This document shows, piece by piece, positions 16,229-25,401 of a stretch of 29,239 nucleotides of DNA; position 1 is the stretch's first letter, and every line of letters starts with the position of its first letter. Both the position numbers and the translations under genes were made by a program. The notes beneath the pieces were generated by a model that ran no database searches, was not told the DNA's origin, and saw only the letters and a program-made list of their open reading frames with translations. The stretch is taken from positions 1-29,239 of IMG/VR virus record IMGVR_UViG_3300031607_000014; one strand, 5' to 3'. The DNA comes from a virus (Duplodnaviria; Caudoviricetes).

Positions 16229-19200
16229 CGTAGTGAATTATCAATCCAGCAAGAGTGAATGGCAGTGGCGCGTCGTGCTTTAAGATAAGAATCGGGTCAC
16301 GCTCGTGTCCTGTGTTCATTATCAACTCGACCTCACCATTGAATAGCTGAGGTGGTAATGACTGGTCTTGATTGCCCCCTCGAAACGTCACGTCTCGATA
16401 CTTTATAGCCCCATCAGCGCTCTTCGATCCGTCGCTATACTTCAGTCCTATCGTGTCGATCAAGTCAGCATAGACGGAACTCATAACCTTCGTGTAGCCA
16501 GTTGACGAACCGACTACGCTATCAGCATTAATCTGAAGCGGTTGAACGAATACTTCATATTTCAAGCCGACAAAGACGGTCGAGAATAAACTATCGAAAA
16601 CGATTGCCCCATTCGTCACGGTTAAACCTTGAACGTGATAGCCATCAGCCAGCACTTCTACGGCCTCTCCCTCAAGATGCCATAGCCCTCGAATCGTCAA
16701 GTCAGAGTTTTGATCGTAGTATTTAGAGCAATCAACGAAGCGCTTTTTAGAATCCGATTCGGGAACTGTCGTAGAAGTTTTAAGTTTTGATAGGAAGTCT
16801 TCTAAGCTATTGAAATTAAAGCCTCCCGTTTGATCCGACAAGAACTGGTATCCAGCGTTACTGACGGTTCCAAAATGGAATACAGCGTCAATCGAGTTAA
16901 GTGCGCTCAATGCTTGAGATTGCGTAGCTCCCCTTTCGTGGCTCGATTCGTCAGTAAACATAAGCACTTCGTGTGCGTATCGTTCGTTCCATGAGTATGA
17001 ATTACAAGCCTGCACGATTGATCCGTAGCCATTCTCTGGGCCATCTCCACCACCACTTGTGCTAATTCCCTCTAAAGCAATCTTAAATGAGGTATAACTC
17101 GTGAAGTCGAGGTTCGGCTCGAACACTGGACTGTCATCTTCATCTTTAAATCCGATCAAAGCAAATTGAACGTCTCGATAAGCTGAACCGTAAACAGATG
17201 CTATCTGGTCAGCTAACTCAAGAATGTCGGCAATAATCCCACTCATGCTTGCAGTCGTATCAACGCAGAATGCTATTTGAGCGTCCTGCTTAATGCTGCG
17301 GTCATCGAGCGATAACGAAGGATTGTAGTCTCCAGACATTCGTTCGAGGAAGCGGCGCGTGACTCCAGATATAGTGCGATTGGTTGCAACCCATACCTCG
17401 TCATCTTGCGATCCGTAGATAACTTCTACGCCCTCAAAGTCTCCGTCTGTATCATGCGGATTCCATGCGTAGACATTTTGATCTCGCTCGTATGTAAACG
17501 ACAAAAGCTTACCGTCTCCAGTGCAGCACCATACTATGGGGTCTGGCGTTGGCTGATAAGCGATAGACCGCAATCCACCTGCTGTTAAATGATCGCTGAA
17601 CTCTTGCATGTCGAGCGCGTGAAACTTGTCTCTCTCAATACTGAAAGACAGCGCACGGAGGCTCTGAGAGCTTCCACGCTGCACATACATCACAACATCA
17701 TCAACCGTCTCTGGACGGATTGCTTGAGAGCCTTTGTTCTCCTGTCTACGGGCGACGATGTTTGTAGGAGAGATTACAGAGTTCAAATCAGTTCCCGCTA
17801 GCGTCCACTCACTCCCAGAAGTGCCGATCATGAGCTTATCTTGGTCAACCATCCAGAGAATGTCATTTCGCTCTTTAGAATCCAGTTCAATGAATAGTGC
17901 GCTTGTGTCGTCAGTTCCAAGTTGAAAGCTGTCGAAGAGGTCTGTTTCCGATTTCCAGATGCCTTGAGGGTATGCGCTCGTGTTGGCAAACCAAATGGCT
18001 TTCTCAAATAAACACATTGCTCGTGGGTATCCTTGTAATCTGCTCCATGCGCCTTCAGACCAGTCTTCGGTTATGTCAGTAGATTCAAGCTCCCTTACGA
18101 TGTCCACCGTAACCTCTGTAGCGCTAGTGAATCCCGTAATCTTGACGGCTCCTTCGATCAATACTGCTTCAGACCGTAGGGTTGCCTTAGCGTCTCCCAC
18201 GCTACCGCCCATGTGATAGTATCGAGATTCATCATCTTGCGTAAATCTTACGTTGAAATTCTTACCGTCGCCATCTGTAGAATTATTAGAAGTATATGAA
18301 CCCACCTCAGTCCACTCGGAAGCCGTATAAGTCGCAAGGTTCGGAGACTGAACTTGAGCCTTATAGACGATGACGGTTCCGCTCCATTTGCCAGATGTCT
18401 CTAGTGTCAGATTGCCTATTGCCTTAATAGCGTTTGTCACTCCAGAAGCGGTGACTTCAGAAGACTTGCGAAAGTGGCGAAGAACCCAATACGATCCTAC
18501 ATGAGCAGAGCTAAATGGAGTATGCCCACCCGCAGTCATGGTTGCCCCTGTGCCAGTCTTTGCGTCAACTTCAAGCAGTTGCCCCGCTTCGACATTCGGA
18601 TCAAGCGCAGGAGGAAAGGCGAACTCGTATTCGCTGATCGTCCAGCTTGTGAGCCCAAATCGTATCATTTGCTGGACTGGATGCGCCCCATCGCAGAACC
18701 ACATCACGTCATTCTTCTGTGCATAGTCTAAATTGTATAAGTCGGCTTCAGTGTAGATCGAAGCAATCTCGTAAACCTTTTCAGCCGTCCCTCCAGTTGC
18801 CTCGGCTGTCCACGCGCTACCATCAATGTCATTTCCATCGCGGTCTTGAATCTCGAATGTATCGGACGTAGAACTGGCAACCTTTACCCAGCGTTCGTTC
18901 ATCTCTGGCATCTCGACAAATCCCTGCAAGTAAATCTCGTTTCCGTCACTGTAACCGTGACCCGTTGCAGTAGCTACGATTGGATTTGCAGCGCTCATAC
19001 TGCCGATGCCAGTAGGAGCTTCACGGACTTGTTGACCGTTCACATGGAAGCGGACATACTCATGCCCCATCTCAAGCAACATCGTGTCAGATTTGCTGAA
19101 GCGGAAGCGAACAGGACGACAAATCTTATCGTCATATTTCGTTGGTGCTACGAGTTCAAACCCTTTGCGCTTGCTTACAGCTCCGTGAGGCCAGCTTATC

Positions 19201-19316
19201 ACATTCCTTGCCTGCCTGCACGCGCTTGAATGCTTTTCGTGATCGACTCGACCGTAAACCTTGCGTGACCATTCACCAGCGTTTAGGTGATAAATATCTT
19301 TCCGTGATTTAGGCAT
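16212..19316 (-). CDS. Tail tubular protein B (nozzle, gp12-like) with FCCH-like and vWA insertions
   Basis: NAGEWS...GRVD...HGAVSKRKG, FRFS...LEMGHEYVRF, GYPRAMCLFE, GLWHLEGEAVEVLADG and PLPFTL motifs. vWA MIDAS DTTAS at about 17247-17261. Confidence 0.88.
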   Translation of the reverse strand: MPKSRKDIYHLNAGEWSRKVYGRVDHEKHSSACRQARNVISWPHGAVSKRKGFELVAPTKYDDKICRPVRFRFSKSDTMLLEMGHEYVRFHVNGQQVREAPTGIGSMSAANPIVATATGHGYSDGNEIYLQGFVEMPEMNERWVKVASSTSDTFEIQDRDGNDIDGSAWTAEATGGTAEKVYEIASIYTEADLYNLDYAQKNDVMWFCDGAHPVQQMIRFGLTSWTISEYEFAFPPALDPNVEAGQLLEVDAKTGTGATMTAGGHTPFSSAHVGSYWVLRHFRKSSEVTASGVTNAIKAIGNLTLETSGKWSGTVIVYKAQVQSPNLATYTASEWTEVGSYTSNNSTDGDGKNFNVRFTQDDESRYYHMGGSVGDAKATLRSEAVLIEGAVKITGFTSATEVTVDIVRELESTDITEDWSEGAWSRLQGYPRAMCLFEKAIWFANTSAYPQGIWKSETDLFDSFQLGTDDTSALFIELDSKERNDILWMVDQDKLMIGTSGSEWTLAGTDLNSVISPTNIVARRQENKGSQAIRPETVDDVVMYVQRGSSQSLRALSFSIERDKFHALDMQEFSDHLTAGGLRSIAYQPTPDPIVWCCTGDGKLLSFTYERDQNVYAWNPHDTDGDFEGVEVIYGSQDDEVWVATNRTISGVTRRFLERMSGDYNPSLSLDDRSIKQDAQIAFCVDTTASMSGIIADILELADQIASVYGSAYRDVQFALIGFKDEDDSPVFEPNLDFTSYTSFKIALEGISTSGGGDGPENGYGSIVQACNSYSWNERYAHEVLMFTDESSHERGATQSQALSALNSIDAVFHFGTVSNAGYQFLSDQTGGFNFNSLEDFLSKLKTSTTVPESDSKKRFVDCSKYYDQNSDLTIRGLWHLEGEAVEVLADGYHVQGLTVTNGAIVFDSLFSTVFVGLKYEVFVQPLQINADSVVGSSTGYTKVMSSVYADLIDTIGLKYSDGSKSADGAIKYRDVTFRGGNQDQSLPPQLFNGEVELIMNTGHERDPILILKHDAPLPFTLAGLIIHYDVTGE

Positions 19317-19953
19317 CGTAGCTTACTCCAGTATTTCCGTTCGTTGTTTCGTTCGTGCTCTTGCGTCTTGTCGAACCTGTCCACCTTGAAGAGCGCTGAA
19401 CCTTGTCGCGTGAGTTGTATCTACGGCTACTCTGAGCGGCCTTAGTGCTGGACTCTGAGGCTTTACGCTCGGACTGCACTAGAAGAGACTCAGCGCGTTC
19501 CTTATCGCCCCTGCGAGCATTCACGATCTTTGATGCCAGTAGTAATGCGAAGGCTTCGATAAACTCGGCTTCGTAGAGTGAGGTGTCAGTCTCGTATCGA
19601 ATATAAACGATCTTCGCCTGCCCCTCGTCGGTAAGCAGGTTGCGACCTTCGATCTCATAAAAGTCGTCGTTGACCATGACTTCATCACCGTTGAAGCGAA
19701 CCATCTCAACGTAGTCAGTTGGCAGGATAAACGAATGAGCGTATTCAAAGTCTGGAGACGCTGCATTCATTGCAAGACCTTTGCGGCCTTGAGCAAAGCG
19801 GGGGCGAACTCGGCCTAGCATCTCGCGGAGGGCTTGTTCGTAATGCAGCAGGACGGTTTCAGCCATCAGCTCGTCGGTTGTGTCCACATTGCCATTGAGA
19901 GACTGCTCTCGTGCGTGGCTAAGTGCTAGGTTGGCTATCTCGGTCTTGTTCAT
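19309..19953 (-). CDS. Tail tubular protein A (adaptor, gp11-like)
   Basis: TEIANLAL, FEYAHSFILPTD, YEIEGRNLLTD and FIEAFALLLASKI motifs. Follows the capsid genes. Confidence 0.85.
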   Translation of the reverse strand: MNKTEIANLALSHAREQSLNGNVDTTDELMAETVLLHYEQALREMLGRVRPRFAQGRKGLAMNAASPDFEYAHSFILPTDYVEMVRFNGDEVMVNDDFYEIEGRNLLTDEGQAKIVYIRYETDTSLYEAEFIEAFALLLASKIVNARRGDKERAESLLVQSERKASESSTKAAQSSRRYNSRDKVQRSSRWTGSTRRKSTNETTNGNTGVSYDA

Positions 19954-19966
19954 GTGATTCTGTTGT

Positions 19967-20004
19967 AAAAGTAAAAAGGCCGCAACCGTTTCCAGTTGCG
20001 GCCT
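19967..20004 (-). terminator. Rho-independent terminator after the capsid/decoration genes
   Basis: Minus strand reads AGGCCGCAAC-tggaaacg-GTTGCGGCCT-TTTTACTTTT: a 10-bp perfect stem plus U tract. Confidence 0.9.
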
Positions 20005-20029
20005 AAACTAACCCATTATGAAAGCGAAC

Positions 20030-20503
20030 TTAGTTCGCAGAGTTGATCGCCGTGTAGAAGTCAATCGTCTGGCCAGCGTTAGTGTTGCCTGTGACGGCTT
20101 TCACCTCGGCAACGATCCAGTATTCGTTCTGGACGGTTGGGACTGCTAAAGGACGTGCAGCGTAAACGCCGCCCCCCGCGAAGTCCACGCCATCAGCGAG
20201 GTTGTCACCGTCCACTTCTGCGCCGATACCACGGTCAGCAGCTACTTCGTAGATACCAACGTCAAGCCTCAGCTCGATAGCAAAGGTGTATTCAACGATG
20301 TCGGACAGGACAGGAAGGATTTCAGAGCCTCCCTGCACGATACGAACGCGAATCTTGTCGCCTGCTGCAAGTGCTCCTGCGCAAGTGAAGGTGTCAACTA
20401 CGACGCGATGATCTGGCGTTCCACGAACCGTGGAAAGCTTGTTCTTCGCGGTGGGCGCATTCTGCACTGCGGCAGTTGCGGTTGTGAGTGTTAAGTCTGG
20501 CAT
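20030..20503 (-). CDS. Putative capsid decoration/cement protein
   Basis: Beta-rich 157-aa protein immediately after the MCP, strong AGGAG RBS, co-terminated with the MCP. Confidence 0.6.
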   Translation of the reverse strand: MPDLTLTTATAAVQNAPTAKNKLSTVRGTPDHRVVVDTFTCAGALAAGDKIRVRIVQGGSEILPVLSDIVEYTFAIELRLDVGIYEVAADRGIGAEVDGDNLADGVDFAGGGVYAARPLAVPTVQNEYWIVAEVKAVTGNTNAGQTIDFYTAINSAN

Positions 20504-20536
20504 AATATGTTTCTCCTATGTTTCTAGGCCTAAGAT

Positions 20537-21445
20537 TTAGGCGGTTACGAGAGAGTTGATAGCCACGACAGCCTTCTCTTCGTTACGGTAAGCGCCCATT
20601 CGAGCGGTTGTGCGGATTTGTAATGCGTGACTGCGCTCTGGAAGCACATCAGCGTATGCGCGACGTTCGCCGTCTGCAAAGCGGATGTGATCCTTAGCCC
20701 ATGCCAAGTTGCGAACGATGTCGCCACCTTGACCACCACCACCAGCCACTTGAGTCAAGCCTGTGTGGGAGACCCACTGGAAGCCCATCCAAGTCATGCC
20801 TTCCATGCTGCCTGCTGTGATTGCGCCAGCGATGACGTAATCAGAGCTTTTCACTTCTTCAGCGGTCAGCAGGAGGTTGTCTTCTGCTTCTGGATCGAAG
20901 GCAAAGCAGCGAGCTGCACGCTTTAGATCGTTGTCCTTGAAGAAGCGGTTAGCGCGGATGACTTGCTTGAGCGACAAGCCTGCATCAGTTGCTCCATCAG
21001 CGTAGTCGGAATCGACAACCTGAGTGAGCGCTTGAGTGCTCGTGCCTTCAGCACCAACGGTTGCGAGTCCTTCGACCGCTTCCTTGATCGTGCGGTCAAC
21101 CTCGCGATTGTAGGCATCGACCTGTTGAGTCATGATGTCGGAATCTGGAAGAGCAATGTCTCCAAGGTTCTTTGCGTCCCACTCGTCAAGGACTTCAGCG
21201 AGGTCAACCTCGTGAGCCAAGAGCCAGCGGAAGAAGGTTTGACGCTCCGAGATGCGAGTCTTCTGAGCACGGCCTGTCTTGCGCTGCATATCCAGAATCT
21301 CGGACTGGTTGTAGCGCTTCTTGTAGCCATTTAGATCGACCTTCTTGACGAGTCCGTAGAAGTCAGAAACGCGACGTGCGATTCGTGCCTCCCATGTGGT
21401 CGAGAAATCTTCTCGGAAGTGTGCGGGTAAAGCTTTGTAAGCCAT
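20537..21445 (-). CDS. Major capsid protein (HK97 fold)
   Basis: 302 aa; AYNREVDRTI, EVKSSDY, WMGFQWV, LPERSHALQI...MGAYR motifs. AGGAG RBS; position after the scaffold gene. Confidence 0.88.
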   Translation of the reverse strand: MAYKALPAHFREDFSTTWEARIARRVSDFYGLVKKVDLNGYKKRYNQSEILDMQRKTGRAQKTRISERQTFFRWLLAHEVDLAEVLDEWDAKNLGDIALPDSDIMTQQVDAYNREVDRTIKEAVEGLATVGAEGTSTQALTQVVDSDYADGATDAGLSLKQVIRANRFFKDNDLKRAARCFAFDPEAEDNLLLTAEEVKSSDYVIAGAITAGSMEGMTWMGFQWVSHTGLTQVAGGGGQGGDIVRNLAWAKDHIRFADGERRAYADVLPERSHALQIRTTARMGAYRNEEKAVVAINSLVTA

Positions 21446-21600
21446 AGTATGTGTTCTCCTGTATTATTGATTAACGATTGTTGGATCGTCATCGGGTATC
21501 AGTCATTCGACTGGCCTACGACATACTGGAATCTCCCCCAGCAGGACGAAAGGCTTCAAGGCTGTAAACAGGTATCTTTCCGCTTCTCTCTGAAATCAAC
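21446..21600 (-). ncRNA. Candidate structured 5' leader of the capsid gene
   Basis: Several hairpins (CTGT-tt-ACAG; CTGG...CCAG; CAGTC-gaat-GACTG; ACGAT-ccaaca-ATCGT) and two GATACC copies next to hairpins. Confidence 0.35.
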
Positions 21601-21639
21601 GTGCAACCTCGAAATGTTTCGGTCAAGGGATAAGGCCAC

Positions 21640-21668
21640 AAAAAAGCCCCACCGATAAAGGTGAGGCT
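21640..21668 (-). terminator. Rho-independent terminator downstream of the HTH gene
   Basis: Minus strand reads AGCCTCACC-tttatc-GGTGGGGCT-TTTTT. Confidence 0.8.
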
Positions 21669-21690
21669 GTGTATGCAATGTTGCGTCGAG

Positions 21691-22173
21691 CTATACCGCT
21701 TCTGGGATAAGCGCTCTTTGTTGCGACATGTGTTGCTCGATCTCTCGAAGCGTAGGGCGGTTCGGCAAGCACTGGCTGTAGTTACGGGTTTCGTAGTCAA
21801 CAGCCTTCTTCGACTCAAGTATAGGGTGTCCGTCTGCGTCCTTATCGAACTCCCATTCACAAGCGCACTTGATGCTGTATTCCAGCGTCCACTTGTGATT
21901 GCTCGTCTGCTTAGTCTTCGGCTCGTAGAGTTTCACGCCTTTAGGCAATTCGTCGTCAGTCGCGGAGTCTTCCTTGCGGGATACGCCGTGAGCACGAGGA
22001 GCGATTGTGCGAGTCACTTTGTAGCCGATACGCTGAGCTGCATCCTTGACGGCTTTAATCGTCTCGATGTCGCCAGTGTAAGTGCCAGACAGTATCTTGC
22101 TCACAGTGTTGCGGTGAACGCCTCCACACGCTTCTGAAACGTCCGCTAGGGTTGCTTTCTTAGTGGTATCCAT
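21691..22173 (-). CDS. HTH DNA-binding protein (LacI/Cro-like N-terminus)
   Basis: KATLADVSEACGGVHRNTVSKILSG...ETIKAVKDAAQRIGY resembles a LacI-type HTH plus helix 3. TAATG-coupled to the scaffold gene with a GGAGGT RBS. Confidence 0.7.
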   Translation of the reverse strand: MDTTKKATLADVSEACGGVHRNTVSKILSGTYTGDIETIKAVKDAAQRIGYKVTRTIAPRAHGVSRKEDSATDDELPKGVKLYEPKTKQTSNHKWTLEYSIKCACEWEFDKDADGHPILESKKAVDYETRNYSQCLPNRPTLREIEQHMSQQRALIPEAV

Positions 22174-23069
22174 TATCGACCACCTCCAAGCGCATCAGAC
22201 AGATTCATCAAGCGGTTGAACTCAGCTTGCGCCTTCTTCTGGCGTGCTGGGTCTTCGCTGTTGAAGTCCGCATTGAACGGATTGGCTGGATCGGCCTTGA
22301 TCGCCTTCGCCTGTTCCTTGTAGGAGCCAGCATTGTTGCCAGCCTTATCGCGATTAGCCTCACGGCTCACAGTGTCCTCAGAGATGAGTTGCGTCATGCG
22401 CTGCCCTGCCTTGAGGATTTCTGGATAGCCGATCTTCAAGTCGGAGATGTTGCCCGACTCTGGAACCTGTATTCCGAGCGCTGCAAGCCCCTTCAAGCCC
22501 TCTTGACTGATTGCGGGTAGATCGTTACCGAACGCCTCGGCAAGCTGCTTGTTCACATCGTCGATGCGAGCCTGCTCTTGTTGTGGAGCCTTGGCAATCT
22601 CAGCCTCGAAGCCTGCCACTTGATGCGCGGCTAATGCCTTCACGAGTTCGGGCGATGCGTTGTGCTTGTGCAATATGCCCAGCAGCGCGTCTGTGCCTTC
22701 TTGATCCCAGACTTCATCGGGAATGTTTTCTGGCTTTTGAACACCGTAGCCATCGACCGCATCTGGAACACCGAAGTATTCTTTAACCATCGTGTTGTGA
22801 CGGTGAACCTCGGTGTCATCCGCATCAGCGGATAAGCGTTCAAGCCCTTTGCTGGATGCCGTAGCACGTAGATGCTGGATGCCCTTGTAAAGCTCGGCCT
22901 CACTTGGATACTTCTCGATCAGCGAGCGAATAGACTTAGCATCTTCGGGAAGAGCTTCGACTGCCTCACGGTTGACCCCAGATTCGTTGTAGAACGATCC
23001 GAACGGTGTAGAAGTGGTAGAGGGCTCAACGGGAGCGACTGGCTCCACTGGTGTTATTTCTTCAACCAT
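22173..23069 (-). CDS. Capsid scaffolding protein
   Basis: Pro/Glu-rich N-terminus, GVPDAVDGY motif, helical acidic body. Lies between the portal region and the MCP. Confidence 0.75.
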   Translation of the reverse strand: MVEEITPVEPVAPVEPSTTSTPFGSFYNESGVNREAVEALPEDAKSIRSLIEKYPSEAELYKGIQHLRATASSKGLERLSADADDTEVHRHNTMVKEYFGVPDAVDGYGVQKPENIPDEVWDQEGTDALLGILHKHNASPELVKALAAHQVAGFEAEIAKAPQQEQARIDDVNKQLAEAFGNDLPAISQEGLKGLAALGIQVPESGNISDLKIGYPEILKAGQRMTQLISEDTVSREANRDKAGNNAGSYKEQAKAIKADPANPFNADFNSEDPARQKKAQAEFNRLMNLSDALGGGR

Positions 23070-23206
23070 TATTTCGCACTCCCTTCTGCTTTAGCTGAAT
23101 CATCTGGCTCTTTAGCTTTCAGTGCTTCGGCGCGTTGGGCTTTTTCCGCTTGGCGTGCTGGGTTGCCTGTTCTGCGGTCGGATATTCTTTTATTCAATCT
23201 ACTCAT
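23069..23206 (-). CDS. Small 45-aa protein (MSRLNKRISDRRTGNPARQAEKAQRAEALKAKEPDDSAKAEGSAK), not in the ORF track
   Basis: Translated by hand. AGAGGA RBS, fills the gap exactly, and its TAA overlaps the scaffold ATG (TAATG). Confidence 0.7.
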   Translation of the reverse strand: MSRLNKRISDRRTGNPARQAEKAQRAEALKAKEPDDSAKAEGSAK

Positions 23207-23219
23207 GGGTTGTTTCCTC

Positions 23220-23534
23220 TTACTTTGTTACTGTTGGTTTCGCTACTTGGACTACAGGCTCGCGCTTGATGTCCGTTAGAAATGCTCTTGCTAGAGCGCG
23301 TTCGCCTTCACGCATAGCTGCATGAGTGGCATCGTATTCAAACGTGCGCGGATTCTGCTGAAAGGTCTGCTGGTCGATAATCTTCTCCAGCATCTCTACA
23401 ACGTGCTTCTGCGACGTGTTGCGGTCAGCATCATCACGCCCGAACACCCTGTGAAGGTGCTGAGTGTGGATGTCTGCCTGTTTCTCAGCCTCGGTGGGCT
23501 GGCGTTCGTTTTCTTTGGGTTGTTTCTCTGACAT
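23220..23534 (-). CDS. Bbp19-like conserved post-portal protein
   Basis: HRVFG...VVEMLEK...DATHAAMREGERAL pattern and position directly after the portal gene. Confidence 0.65.
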   Translation of the reverse strand: MSEKQPKENERQPTEAEKQADIHTQHLHRVFGRDDADRNTSQKHVVEMLEKIIDQQTFQQNPRTFEYDATHAAMREGERALARAFLTDIKREPVVQVAKPTVTK

Positions 23535-23540
23535 AAGTTC

Positions 23541-25220
23541 TTACACGTCGATAGCATCTGCGAACTCTTTACGTGCTCCCGCTGGGACTTGCCCTAGATT
23601 GCGAGCTGCTTCTGATCCCTGCTTAGCCATCTCCATTGCCTGCTGTTGCTCGGCCTGCTGTTGACGTGCTGCTCTGATCTCATTGCGCTGCTTCTCTGGT
23701 CGCTTGTATTCTGTAGGCAGTGAATTGTTGTCGCCGAACCCGCGCATCATTGCATCAAGGTTGTAGTTATCATAAAGCAACATTGGATCAACCTCAAGCA
23801 AGAATGCAACCTGCTGCAAGAAGTCCAGAGTGCTCTTATTTTCGAGTGCTCGCATTGCTCGTGCGATCTTGGAAACGTAAGTCGGCCTCGGTTCTGGAAT
23901 GGATAGCTCACCATTCGATTCGACGATCACCTCTGGTGGAACAGGAGGGAAGCGACCATCACGAAACGCCATCTTGAACATGCGCTGTAATAGCGTGTCT
24001 AGCGTCTCGCTCGTAAAGCGTGCAAAGGTAGGACGGAAGTTCACGAGCTTTTCCTGCACAAGCTCAAGAACTTCGGTTGCAGTCATGGTCTTCGTGCGCT
24101 CTGCTAGCGCTTTGAATAGATCGACGTGGTATGCGTCCTTAATCATTTCACGGAAGTCAGTCACGAGGTCTTTGCCTTCAGCATAACCACGAGGTTCGCC
24201 CCATACCTGCGGAGCATTAGCAGAGGAGTCTGGATAGACTGTAACGCCTCCAGCTTCCCACTGGATCACGTCCTTGAGCGTGTCAGGAACCATCGTGCGA
24301 GGCCATACCGAAATCTCACCAATAGTCACCAGTGATTTCATGATGTCCTGCAACGTGCGCACTGAAGGCATAATGAGAATCGCTGGACTCCAACCGAACT
24401 CTTCATCTCCCCATTGTGCGAATCGTGAACCAACGAACGGTTGCTCATCGTATCCAGACTCGTAGAGAACATGCTTTGCCTTCTCTTCGACCCAGACCGA
24501 TTCAAACTCCTTGTTCAGTGCGTCAATCTTACCTGCTTCACGAGCTTTGAGCGGACGTGGGGCAACCTTACGCCAGAGCTTGAACTTCTCTTTGGCTTTG
24601 CGGCTATCGTCCTTGTAAGCGTCCATAACGTCCGAGCTGACGTTATCCTCTCCGAACTTGTCCACGATCTTCTTAGCTGTCCAATCGTAGCAGTAGAACA
24701 TCGTGTCGATGTATCCGTCGTCATTAGACTGCGGAAAGAACTTGCCGACTTGAGTAGTGGCGAAGCTGTAGAGCGTTCCGTTCTTGCCCTGCTCCAAGTC
24801 GATGTTCGCAGTGCCGAACGTGTTGCGGTCTTGAAGGTGTTCTTGAATCTTCAGCGCCCAATTGGACTCGTTGATGAGCTCAAGGACGATTTCAGCGCAT
24901 TTGTGATACCAGTCTTTAGCAATAGGATTCGATACGCCATCCTTCTTTGGAGCCTCGAAGTCGAAGAACTCGCCACTCAGCATGTAGTCATAGCAACCTG
25001 CTGTGAACGTCTGCGCTGCATGGACTGCGGTCGTGTCGAAGATACCCTCCGTCCACCCTGCGGTGTCTGGAGTCTTGAGCGTGTTGATAGCGCTATTCTG
25101 CGGAATGTAGTAATCCCCGATAGCGCGGTGCAGCGTTGCCCACATTCCATCATAGTGAGACTTCGCGGCCTTCGCTTCGTCGATCACCACGGACGCATTT
25201 GCTTTGGTAGAGTTGCGCAT
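23541..25220 (-). CDS. Portal (head-tail connector) protein, 559 aa from MRNST
   Basis: IFDTTAVHA, FGTA, ESGYDEQPF...RFAQWGDEEFGWSPA and MTATEV motifs of T7/BPP-1-type portals. Start reassigned to the ATG at 25220, one base after the upstream small gene's stop. Confidence 0.92.
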   Translation of the reverse strand: MRNSTKANASVVIDEAKAAKSHYDGMWATLHRAIGDYYIPQNSAINTLKTPDTAGWTEGIFDTTAVHAAQTFTAGCYDYMLSGEFFDFEAPKKDGVSNPIAKDWYHKCAEIVLELINESNWALKIQEHLQDRNTFGTANIDLEQGKNGTLYSFATTQVGKFFPQSNDDGYIDTMFYCYDWTAKKIVDKFGEDNVSSDVMDAYKDDSRKAKEKFKLWRKVAPRPLKAREAGKIDALNKEFESVWVEEKAKHVLYESGYDEQPFVGSRFAQWGDEEFGWSPAILIMPSVRTLQDIMKSLVTIGEISVWPRTMVPDTLKDVIQWEAGGVTVYPDSSANAPQVWGEPRGYAEGKDLVTDFREMIKDAYHVDLFKALAERTKTMTATEVLELVQEKLVNFRPTFARFTSETLDTLLQRMFKMAFRDGRFPPVPPEVIVESNGELSIPEPRPTYVSKIARAMRALENKSTLDFLQQVAFLLEVDPMLLYDNYNLDAMMRGFGDNNSLPTEYKRPEKQRNEIRAARQQQAEQQQAMEMAKQGSEAARNLGQVPAGARKEFADAIDV

Positions 25221-25221
25221 A

Positions 25222-25401
25222 TTATCCAAGGACGTTTTCAGAACCGAAGTCATTGCCTCCAGAGAACACCGTTTGCTGGCGCTTCTTACGCTTGATCTCG
25301 TCTTGCTGGCTTGATCGTGCTGCTTGCGCTGTGTCGGCCTCGGTTGGCGTTGCAATTGGCGCTGCTTTAGGTGGTGGTTTTGGTTTTGATCCTTTGCCCA
25401 T
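25222..25401 (-). CDS. Small virion protein (T7 gp7.3-position), MGKGSKPKPPPKAAPIATPTE...NVLG, not in the ORF track
   Basis: Translated by hand (59 aa). AGGAG RBS; MG..PKPP start and ...LG end typical of the pre-portal small gene. Confidence 0.8.
   Translation of the reverse strand: MGKGSKPKPPPKAAPIATPTEADTAQAARSSQQDEIKRKKRQQTVFSGGNDFGSENVLG

Noticed and set aside
16770-17290. Intein or intron as the nozzle insertion
   Set aside because: No Cys/Ser start with His-Asn end and no LAGLIDADG/HNH motifs; the frame is continuous and the motifs are vWA-like.
24441-25295. 284-aa plus-strand ORF and other long plus-strand ORFs (2301..2837, 4055..4477, 13609..14136, 21661..22137)
   Set aside because: They are antisense shadows of well-supported minus-strand phage genes and have no recognisable motifs.
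25221-25355. 45-aa N-terminal extension of the portal in the ORF track
   Set aside because: The region is better explained by the 59-aa gene 25222-25401 with its own RBS; the portal ATG follows at 25220.
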